Part shown: positions 1 to 11,600 of the stretch, piece by piece | Layout: each line of letters starts with the position of its first letter | Numbering within the stretch: position 1 is the first letter of the stretch | Position numbers and translations under genes: made by a program | Source: Mizuhopecten yessoensis | Taxonomy: Eukaryota | NCBI RefSeq assembly: GCF_002113885.1 | Contig: NW_018408315.1 | Coordinates: 130,117 to 194,116, forward strand | Direction of reading: 5' to 3' | Length of the DNA stretch: 64,000 nt | The notes under the pieces: generated by a model | Told to the model about the DNA's origin: nothing | The model's database searches: none | Seen by the model: the letters and a program-made list of their open reading frames with translations, nothing else

Positions 1-2190
1 TTAATACTGACTGATATGACTTATTGCATTCCACTATATAGACCATATATTGTTGGAGTAGTGTCGATATACTGACCGATATGATTTATTGTATTACATG
101 TACGCGATACACCAGATATTGTTGAAGTAATATATGTCGATATACTGAGACTGATATGATATATTGTATAACATGTACACGATACACCAGATAGTGTTGG
201 AGTAGGGTCGATATACTGACCGATATGATATATTGTATTACATGCACACGATACACCAGATATTGTTGAAGTAATATATGTCGATATACTGACCGATATG
301 ATATATTGTATTACATTTACACGATACACCAGATATTGTTGGAGTAGTGTTGATATAGTGACTGATATATATTTTATTACATGTACACGATACAACATAT
401 ATTGTTGGAGTAGTGTCGTTATACTGACCGATATGATTTATTGTATTACATGTACACTATACACAAGATATTGTTGGAGTACTGTCGATATCCTGAAACT
501 GATATGATGTATTGTATTACATGTACAAGATACACCAGATATTGTTGAAGTAGGTTCTTAATACTGACTGATATGCCTTATTGCATTCCACTATATATAT
601 TGTTGAAGTAATATATGTCGATATACTGACCGATATGATATATTGTATTACATGTACACGATACAACAGATATAGTTGAAGTAGTGTCAATATACTGACT
701 GATATCACAGACTTATATATTACATACGTCTCTGCTACACACATAGTAACAACCAAAGACTCCAATATGAGCCCAAGGGCCGAAAAACCTGAGGGCTGAT
801 TTTGGTTGAGGGTTGATACTGTGTGTGATATGGAAAAAGGCATGTTTTATTCTGTTTATTCATACGTACTAATAAATACGGATAGATCTACTATCTAATG
901 ATCTTTTTTTCCCTTTGAAATATTGAAAAACAAAGAAGTTTTCCCAAATGGGTGCGATACGGGTTTTGTGGGCTGATGCAGGTTTTGTGGTGTGATATAT
1001 TGCGAGGGTTGATTATGGGTTAGAGCAATTGTGTTGTAACAAAAAATCTGTATTTATTACTAAGTATGTTATAAATTGTATTACATATACAAGATTCACC
1101 GGATACTGTTGAAGTAGTGTCGATATACATGTACACGATACACCAGATATTGTTGAAGTAATATATGTCGATATACTGACTGATATGATATATCGTATAA
1201 CATGTACATGATACACCAGATATTGTTGGAGTATTGTCGATATACTGAGAATGATATGATGTATTGTATTACATGTACACGATACACCAGATATTGTTGA
1301 AGTANTTATTTTATTACATGTACACGATACACCAGATATTGTTGAAGTAATATATGTCGATATACTGACTGATATGATATATCGTATAACATGTACATGA
1401 TACACCAGATATTGTTGGAGTATTGCCGATATACTGAGAATGATATGATGTATTGTATTACATGTACACGATACACCAGATATTGTCGGAGTAGTGTCGA
1501 TATACTGACTGATATGATATATTGTATAACATGTACACAATACAACAGATATTGTTGGAGTAGCGTCGATATACTGAATGATATGATATATTGTATTACA
1601 TGTACACGATACACCAGATATTGTTGAAGTAGTGTCGATATTCTGACTGATATCAGAGACGTATATATTACATACGTCTCTGCTGATATTATATATAGAG
1701 AATAATACATGCCTTTTTCCATAGCACACATAGTAACAACCAGGGATGTGTAGTGGACTACGTATACACATCCCTGTAACAACCAAAGACTCCAATATGA
1801 GCCCAAGGGCCGAAAAACCTGAGGGCTGATATTGGTTGAGGGTTGATACTGTGTGTGATATGGAAAAAGGCATGTTTTATTTTGTTTATTCATACGTACT
1901 AATAAATACGGATCGATCTATTATCTTATGAATTTTTTTTTCCTTTTAAATATTGAAAAAACAAAGAAGTTTTCCCAAATGGGTGCGATACAGGTTTTGG
2001 AGGCTGATGCAGGTTTTGGGGTGTGATATGGCGAGGGCTGATTATGGGTTAAAGCAATTGTGTTGTAACAAAAAATCTGTATTTATTGGGTAAGTATGTT
2101 ATAAATTGTATTACATAAACAAGATTCACTGGATATTGTTGAAGTAGTGTTGATATACTGACTGATATGATGTATTGTATAACATGTACA
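1..2190. repeat. Minisatellite of about 69-73 bp within a ~1.03-kb segmental duplication; single N at 1305
   Basis: Recurrent gatatactgactgatatgatatattgtattacatgtacacgatacaccagatattgtt; the unique block at ~745-1130 recurs at ~1775-2190. Confidence 0.9.
1695..1890. mobile_element. Short MITE-like element with terminal inverted repeats
   Basis: Left aataatacatgcctttttccatagcacaca versus right tgtgtgatatggaaaaaggcatgttttatt (near reverse complement); the copy at ~740-860 lacks the left TIR. Confidence 0.6.
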
Positions 2191-4841
2191 TATAAATGGA
2201 AGTATCGCAAAAATAGTAACGGTATCTTGATAGAAATTATTTGCAACTCTAACTTCTGAACTATTTACCAACATTAATTGAAATTTGATAGTGGAATGTA
2301 TCGTGATTAGATGTTTTAATGTATTTATTTTAAAGTTTTACCTCCAGGTCAAAGAAACAGAGATGTCATTAGTTCAATAATGTTCTAAAACAAATCGTTT
2401 TGGTTGTTACGAGTCATTGTGTTTCAGATATAACTTCCCTTTCAAAACATGGCTTTGATCTTAATAGCAATTTCCAATTATGTTAATTTTCCAGACAATA
2501 GCATACAATATATATATATAATGTCATTGTGTACAGTCAGACTACTGATGACAAATTGTCTCTTATCAAGTCATCTACCTTCCAGTGACCATACCCACCA
2601 AAACTTAAACGAGCAGGAAGTCAAATAAATAAACAAATACGGAAACATATTTCACACTTTATTTGTGTTACATCTCACTCTGTTTACACATGAAAGTGTA
2701 TAGATGTTATGTACACATGAATACTACCATACCCTCCTCTATACACAAGTACAATGTGACAAAAGGTTCAGTTATACAGTAAAACACATAGGCCTATAGT
2801 ATGAACACACAATTTGAGAATCCTTACTTAAAATAAAGTCAGGTCTCATGGAAATGTTCCTTCAAGGTGTAAGTAACTTTGCAAACAGACATGTTTATCA
2901 AAATAATTTTTTGGGTCCTCTGCCGTTCGTAATAAACATACTTTACTGTAAAATAATTTCAGTTAAGTGTATTCGATTCAACATTCAGCATTCACATTAG
3001 ATCCACAGCACTCCACATACATATAAACATCTTCACATAAATGCATTTCACACTCATATACATCAACATTCAAACATAATGACAAGATATAATTTTAGTA
3101 AGAAAACAGATCCACTATCTTTTTGTTTAAATCGCATAGATTATGACTTAACATTACTCCAACAATGTTAGAGGTTTTACACGGCGAAAAACTTTTGACA
3201 GGCGTCGCAGTCGGCAAAATCATATCCGATTGAAAAAAGGCCGACCAGATGCCTCTCATGTCATGGGAGTAGGAATTAACCTAACCGTATAGTTGACATT
3301 TAGTGTGGTGGCTTTAGCAGTCTACCAATATGTCCTTGTGTAAATATAGGAAAGTTTTGTCCTGTTGCTGTCAATAATTTTAGATTTGCACTGCCACATT
3401 TTCACGCAAACAAATTCGCAAAACACTTTGTTTGTACGGTCTAGAAACATATTGTTGCTTATGTAACTATATACATATCATTTTTGGCTTGGAATTCATT
3501 TTTCCCTGGGCTATTTATTATTCAAGGGACAAAATGAAAATAAGAAATAGTTCAAACGAGAGCAAACACTAACAGATCAAGTACAAATAGTACTTCATAG
3601 ACAACATGCAGGGGCTTGTAACACGAGTCATCAGAACAGGATTAATTCTGTGTACAAATTGTAAAAAAAACTATGTTAAGCAAGCACTCTGGTATTGACA
3701 TCATTACATAATTATAAACTAACCAGTAATTATATAAACCTGATATATCACAATTTCACAGCACAAGGAATGCCAAAGTTTGAATCGGCAGATTTATTTG
3801 TGGCAAATCTTTACAGGTTTTAGTGGCTTAAACTATTGATCTACCCTTGTATCTGTTATGACTCGCTATTTGATACCCTTTGCATCTGATACGGCCTTAG
3901 CTTGTTATTTCAACTTGTTCATTTGTAGTTTATATTAGAGATGAAATGGAAAAACAAAAGTGATCAAAATCTCAATTTATGATGACAATTTGAATACATG
4001 GTTGCTTGTCTATTCACAAAGTTATATCATAAGTATATATGTTTTGATTGGGGGCACATATTGGTGACAGCGAAAAATTTTGTATTCCTTCCAAACCATT
4101 GACTACGAAAAAATACAGGTGTACCGTTGAAAAATTTCATAGGCATGATTTTGTAATCAAACTACTTACATCTAAGTAACCTCCTAGCTTCCAGCACTAT
4201 TGAGCTACATTAAATGCAATGTACATGTATTCTTACCTTGTATTAAGCAATACAAAGATAGATACAGTGATATTAATATAAAATTTATATATATTTCTAT
4301 CAGACTTCAAAAGGCATCATATCAATATCACTCTGTCTCACAGACATGCCTCCAATTTGATAAACTGGCTTTAAACCATTTGACACATTCAGTAACTTAA
4401 ATTTTACAAAGATTAAAGTAAAAAGGATAGAATACATGGGTTTGTTTGGTTGCAATTTATCATGATTTGAGCTATCTTCAAACATTCAAGAGTTGTCCAT
4501 GAGGGAAAAAAAGATAAGGACACTGAGGTTCCAAATATGATGACCATTACTGTGTTCAAGATCAGTAATATCACTTATATCTCCTTCATCAAATTTTAAC
4601 AAAACATAGGAAATGTTTCCTGCAACTCTTGTATTCAAGGCAAGCGTCACAATATTTTATCGTTGTTATCAAAATATCATTTAGAACTGAAACATTCTGA
4701 TTAACAAGGTCCTACTGACCCAGAAATAACAAACAAAGTATTAAACTGTATGGAGACTAAACCATAGCAGTGTACGTACAGAGACAATCCAAAACATAGC
4801 GTTACATTGCTCATATGTGTATAAGATGAGACTGAGTTCAG

Positions 4842-5552
4842 TTATACAATCACACTGAATCCAACGGTGTCCAAACTTACAAACCTTCACGGAGGAATGA
4901 TGAAAGTGACACGATGGATTATACAATGACACTGAATCCAATGGTGTCCAAACTTACAAACCTTCACGGAGGAATGATGAAAATGACACGATGGATTATA
5001 CAATGACACTGAATCCAATGGTGTCCAAACTTACAAACCTTCACGGAGGAATGATGAAAATGACACGATGGATTATACAATGACACTGAATCCAATGGTG
5101 TCCAAACTTACAAACCTTCACGGAGGAATGATGAAAATGACACGATGGATTATACAATGACACTGAATCCAATGGTGTCCAAACTTACAAACCTTCACGG
5201 AGGAATGATGAAAATGACACGATGGATTATACAATGACACTGAATCCAATGGTGTCCAAACTTACAAACCTTCACGGAGGAATGATGAAAATGACACGAT
5301 GGATTATACAATGACACTGAATCCAATGGTGTCCAAACTTACAAACCTTCACGGAGGAATGATGAAAATGACACGATGGATTATACAATGACACTGAATC
5401 CAATGGTGTCCAAACTTACAAACCTTCACGGAGGAATGATGAAAATGACACGATGGATTATACAATGACACTGATTCCAACGGTGTCCAAACTTACAAAC
5501 CTTCACGGAGGAATGATGAAAATGACACGATGGATTATACAATGACACTGAA
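4842..5552. repeat. 77-bp tandem repeat, about 9 near-identical copies, in the predicted OXCT1 3' UTR
   Basis: aatccaatggtgtccaaacttacaaacc... recurs every 77 bp (4858, 4935, 5012...). Confidence 0.95.
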
Positions 5553-5578
5553 ACATAAGATATCACAATACAGCTTCA

Positions 5579-5623
5579 TCACGCCACTTCTATCTGTCCC
5601 ATTGTTTTCAATTCTGATGCAAC
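5579..5623 (-). CDS. OXCT1: OXCT1 exon 14 ([14 protein letters not shown])
   Basis: tttctttcag acceptor; TGA stop followed directly by a second TGA. Confidence 0.9.
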   Translation of the reverse strand, partial: VASELKTMGQIEVA

Positions 5624-8600
5624 CTGAAAGAAATTAAAACAACCTCTTAATATAGAAAACAATGAAATGTGAAATGAATTCCTAAACACATGTCTTTCTA
5701 TTTTATTAACTGGTGCTTCAATCATGATAAATCGTCTGGACCAGCACGTTTTATTCAAACTCATCTCAGTTTGAGAAGTAAAGCTACCAGGTAGAATAAC
5801 TCTCAGATGAAAATATGTATAGGAGTGTAAAACGTAATCCATTTTGCAAGATAAATCACAGAATAAGATTACCTTAAACTCAGCACCAGTAAATTCCACC
5901 ACATCCTCTAAAAGCACATCCTCAGCTTTCTCCGTCAATGTCAGCCCTTCTTCTGGGTCCACCTCGAACACTCCCTGGTGAAATAAGAGGCTATCTTACA
6001 ACCAAATTTACAACAGATATGTATCAAGGGGAGGTTATCTCTGTCAGAAGCAGCCCTTGCTCCAGGTCTATCTCAAACACACCCAGACCCTGGTCAAATA
6101 GATTATTTTAGGCCACTTTCACATATCCAGTTCAACCTGAAGAACTTAAAAGGAAATGGCAGGCTCAGATCTGAACCAAAGCTTATCTCTGGAAAATTTG
6201 ATATATTTACAAAAAAAATATCATTTAAGAAGATTTGAACAGGAAGGTAATATTAAGATTACAATGCTGAATTGTGATATAAACAATGTTATAATAACAG
6301 GAAGTTATTTCTTTGGGATTACAGGGAAGTTTACAGTGACCAGCTAAAATTCATGTTAGTCGAGGTCTATAAGGCAAGTCTAGGGACCCACCATTTCTGT
6401 TATGATAGTGTTGACACATCCTTTCCCCGTCAGTGGTAAGGTACATTCATTGAGGATCTTCTGTTTTCCTCCCTTAGCAGTGTGTTCCATGGTTACAATG
6501 ACCTTGGTGTCCTTACTGGATACCAGATCCATAGCTCCTCCCATCCCCTTCACCATCTTACCCTGAAATGAAATGTAGCAGGATAATTACCTTTATCACT
6601 GGTAATCTGGCACAAAGAATAAATATGACTGGAATAATTTAACTTTATTTCTTTAAAATTAAAAAGTCTTAAACATCCCTGCAGTATATATATATGTTAC
6701 CAGTATTTTGTGTGACTTTAGTCTTCAAAAGTTCTGCTAATCATTTTCTTATCATAAATAATTTGGTCAATTTGATAGAGACCTACGAAATTCTGTAGAA
6801 AATAACGTCATAAATAATTTTACATAAAATAAATACAGTTTTACCTGTCAATACCAAATGTATACTATAGTTATCTAGAAACCTATGTGAACTTGACATT
6901 TACTTCTATCCTTCTGTATACATTTCTATGTGTAAAAAGAACCGGTGTAATATATAGAAACCTGTACAAATCAGATCTCCACATAGATCTCATTGTATAC
7001 GTCTCTATACTAATTGACTTCGATTAATCCAAAACAATTTTTTTCTGAATCAGACTGTTGATGTCTTTGAGATTCAGTTTAGATAGAGGTCACTGTAATA
7101 CATGTGTCATAATGTATAACACTAGGAGTACCTCTGGACCAAACATTAAAATGTACTTGAATAACTGATTTATATTTGAACTGTTTGACTTACTGGAATC
7201 ATCCAGTTGGCCAGATCGCCATATTGTGATACCTGCATGGCTCCCAGGATAGTGATGTCAACGTGGCCACTGAAAACATACACACCAAATACTACAATTC
7301 CATCGTCAGTGTGGTAAAGTATAGTATACCATCATTATTATGTACTTAGTTACATTGAACCCTGTATATATGTTGTCTCAAAATCAAAAGCTGTCCCTTG
7401 ACATATTATAGCTTCTGGTGTGGTGATAGATTTGGATATATTTTGAATATTCTTTATCTGAAAGTTTTTCCATGCTATCAATGACTGCAGCAAATAAAGG
7501 CTTGTCTATGTTTCTACTTGATCTACCTAAACACCAATTGCATGCTATAATGAAACATTAGAAGCATTTATTATGAGTGGGAATTTTTTAGCAGTTTCAT
7601 AATATGTAGAATAAATGCATGTGTCATTTTGGAAGCGGTTGTGATTATATACACATGTGCCATAGACAGGGATAAGCAGGGGCAAGTTATCTATATACTG
7701 CTATAGTCAATTTATCATAAACAACCTTAAGAGTAAGTATTTGGAGCAATTCATCTTTCTACCTCATAAAAAACTCAAGTAAAACATGAGAAGGGACATA
7801 ACTCTGTCTGAATTAGAGCACAAGACCTAATTTCAGTATGTGACACTCTGCCATCCCAGAAGGTACTCATTATCAATTCTTCAGATTCATTCAAGTGAGT
7901 TTAAATGGTTTCATTTTTTAATTTCTCCAAATATTATTGTCAAATAAATTCAACAAAAGGATTGAACAGCAGGCTATGCCTATTTGTGTTCTCTCACTAT
8001 ATCAATATTTTCTACAAGTTCATGAGTAGTATATATTAGCATATAAACACTGTCACAAAATTGATTATCTCTGTTCATATGACCTAGGGGAGACAACTTT
8101 ACCCTCGAATCATGGCAAAGGACTCATCGCTGGAGAAGTAGGAACTACCAGGAATACTGGTGACTGTTTCTTTACCCGCATTGATCAGATCTGGATCCAC
8201 CTGATCTTCTGTGGGAAATGCTCCCTGTTAATATGAACATTAAAAGTACAGATATTACCAACATGTTAAATAATAACCAATCCAGTCATATGGAAATTAA
8301 CGAAAAACATAGATATTTTCATGTACTACAGTTTATTGAGAATTCTTATGAAATTAACAAACTTACACGATTTAAAATCCTTATGCAATTCATAAACTTG
8401 CCATAAATGCATTGCAGTAAGAAGCGAGCTATTTTGATGTTTCTTTGTTTTAATGTACCTGTATTAATATTGTTCCACTCCTAATATATAATGTAATTTC
8501 TTATATACAGGACATATAATGTCACTAGCCTTTTACTTAGATGAGCAAACACTTACTAGTAATTAATCAAGATCCAGATCAGATATAGGTTTTTATCATA

Positions 8601-11600
8601 TACAGACCAGTTTTCCCTGTACAAATAAAGTACAATGAAATTGCATAAAAAATTATGGTGTGTATAAATACTCACCAGTCCCAGAATGCCGTTCTCACTC
8701 TGCAAGTGTACCGTAATTCCCTGTATATAATTACTTGCAAGCATTGGCATACCAATGCCAAGATTTGCTGAGACACAAATTAAGGAAAAAAGCCAACATG
8801 TATATATGTATACTTGTCATAATAGTATTTTTGTTAGTAATGATAGTATTTCTGACATGTGTGTACACATCAGAGAACAGAAATACATCAATGATGCACT
8901 ATACCTACATTATACTGCTACTGAATTGAAAAGACCAACAAAAAGAAAGATTGGTAGAAGAGAAAAATAAATATTCAAATTGGGCTGTAGGTTACCGTAG
9001 TATTTATTCCTCCAATGCCCCTTAGCAGAAGACACAGAATAAAACCCCAGATCATGCCATCACAAACTTCAATGGCCTCAGACGATCAAGCAGTAGGATA
9101 AAGCACACCTATTTTGTATTTAAGAGGAGAATGTTGCATATATTTATATATCTGTAGACCCTAGCCATGGAAGCAGTAGACATGTAGTCTAGTGGCATGG
9201 TAGGAAGCCGGGCTCATGACCAAAGGTTTGCAGGTTCGCGACATGTCACAGCACTGTGTTCTATCTTGTTCGTATCTTTGAACAAGATACTTTACTCCGC
9301 TTGTTCCAGTCTACCCAGCTGTAAATGTGGTTGGGCAGTGCTAGAATTGTTGAATGCTAGCTGTGAGCGCCGAAATGGCAGCACCATCTGTATGCTCCCC
9401 AGGGAGTTGAGAAAGATAATGGCTGGTTGCGAAGGCCCTATAACCATGGATTATCATTTGTGAACAGCTTTGAGACGACCTACGTTCTAGGTTGTGATAA
9501 AGCAGTATACAAGAACCTCAAATTATTATGATTACATGCAAGGGATGTCATTCATGTTCAACAAATGGACACAGAAATGACATAGCAGCCCAGATGACAT
9601 CTTATATTATTAACCCCTGGGGTTGATTTCTTCATTGTTTAGCCATATTGTGGACAAAGGAAGTATAGATCTATGCGACTTCTCTAGTGCAACAAACCAG
9701 TGAATCTCCCTCTTATATAATGTGTGTTAACACGTAAATTATGCACGTAAAAATAACAATATTGCAACTCATGACAACTGACAATTTTAAGCTAGCAGCC
9801 ATATTCCTTGACAGATACTCATAAAATTGTGCACGTTTTGCCTTGGACATCCTTTTATGAGTATGGTTGCTATTGGTCCAATGTTCCTTTCTATGGATTT
9901 TCTTTTACAGAATATGGCTTGTTATCACTGTAGTGCCCCTATTTGTAACTAGAATACCCCCGGTATATATTTCACACAATTCCTCCTTAAAACAACATGC
10001 TTCTGACAATGCATGGCTCTTTACAGGAATATACCATTATGAACTTTTGACTTTTGGACACTGTAAGGATACCATACATCCCGTCTTTGAATTCGAGGGC
10101 AGCTCTTCTAACAATTCTCTCCCTCAATATGGCAGCCGGGCTCTTGTCGAAGTCGATACTCTTGGGTTTGGTAAGGCGTAATCGCTAAAAAAGAAAATGT
10201 TTTAATCCTCATACAGCTACACACTATATTACATCAACTTCCATCTGACATCAGCATTAGCCAAATCACATAAGAAAACAGAAAAAAATAAACTTCTCTT
10301 ATATTGTACCCTACAGATTTTCACACATAGTTCTTCATAATATTGCCATGGTTTGGAGAAATCACAGCCAATTCTTAAAACACAATCTCCTGCAACCAAT
10401 AGCCATAACTTTTACTCCCAAAAGAGCACTGAAATGTTGTGATCTGCATCTGTAACAATAAAGATAACAAAGTGCGTATGCACCTCAATTCTCTTTTCGT
10501 AGCTAGGGCCTTTGATGACACGCTGGACGTAGACGTGGGGGACATGGACATCCTCAGCTGGGATCTCTCCTACCTCCACTACCTCCTCTACCTCAGCAAT
10601 AGTCACCCTCCCTGCCTTACACATCGGAGGGTTAAAGTTACGAGCTGTCTTCCTGTACAACATCCATAAATATCATTCACAAAAACATGTTAACAACAAA
10701 CACAATTTCTATCAACTCTTATTGTACCTGAGCTATATTTTTATATATAGTCACCTGAACACAGTTGACAGTTTTTACCAAGCAAGCTACATGACAAATA
10801 TTGTGATTCTATGCCTTATGGTTCTTAATAAGAAGTTGTGTAAAGAAAATAGGTGACAACAGACAGATGATAAACATGGATACCAATCTGTGGGAATATT
10901 TTACAAGCATAACAATTTTTTTTTATTTTTTTTTAAGAAGTCAAGGGGTACTTTATAGGTAGGGGAAACAGTCAAGGATTGAACATATGAAAACACATAG
11001 TGTGTAAATGCAGGATAGTGAGATATCAGGAAAATAAAGAAGAAGAATTCTGACCTAAAAGTGAGGTTGCCTGCCTTGTCAGCCTTCCAGGCCTTGATGA
11101 GGGCGAAGTCTCCAGTGATAGCTTTCTCAAGGATATGTGGAACTCCAGCAAAGTCTCGCACCTACCAACATACAAGAATATAGTATTACAACTACATGTA
11201 CCCAACAAAGCCTGGCGCCTACAAACATACAAGAATATAGTATTACAACTACATGTACCCAATAAAGCCTGGCACCTACAAACATACAATAATATAGTAT
11301 AGTATTACAACTACATGTACCCAACAAAGCCTGGCACCTACCAACATACAAGAATATAGTATTACAACTACATGTTCACAATAAAGCCTGGCACCTACCA
11401 ACATACAAGAATATAGTAATACAACTACATGTACCCAATAAAGCCTGGCACCTAAAAACATACAAAAATATAGTATTACAACTAGATGTACCCAATAAAG
11501 TCTTGCACCTACCAACATACAAGAATATAGTATTACAACTGCATGTACCCAATAAAGCCTCGCACCTACCAACATACAAGAATATAGTATTACAACTCCA

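Noticed and set aside
21-2274. Multiple 60-286 aa ORFs
   Set aside because: They are translations of the ~70-bp minisatellite, periodic and without any recognisable domain.
4842-5552. CRISPR-like appearance of regular repeats (also 60545-61315)
   Set aside because: Eukaryotic context, no cas genes, and spacers are identical or homologous rather than unique.
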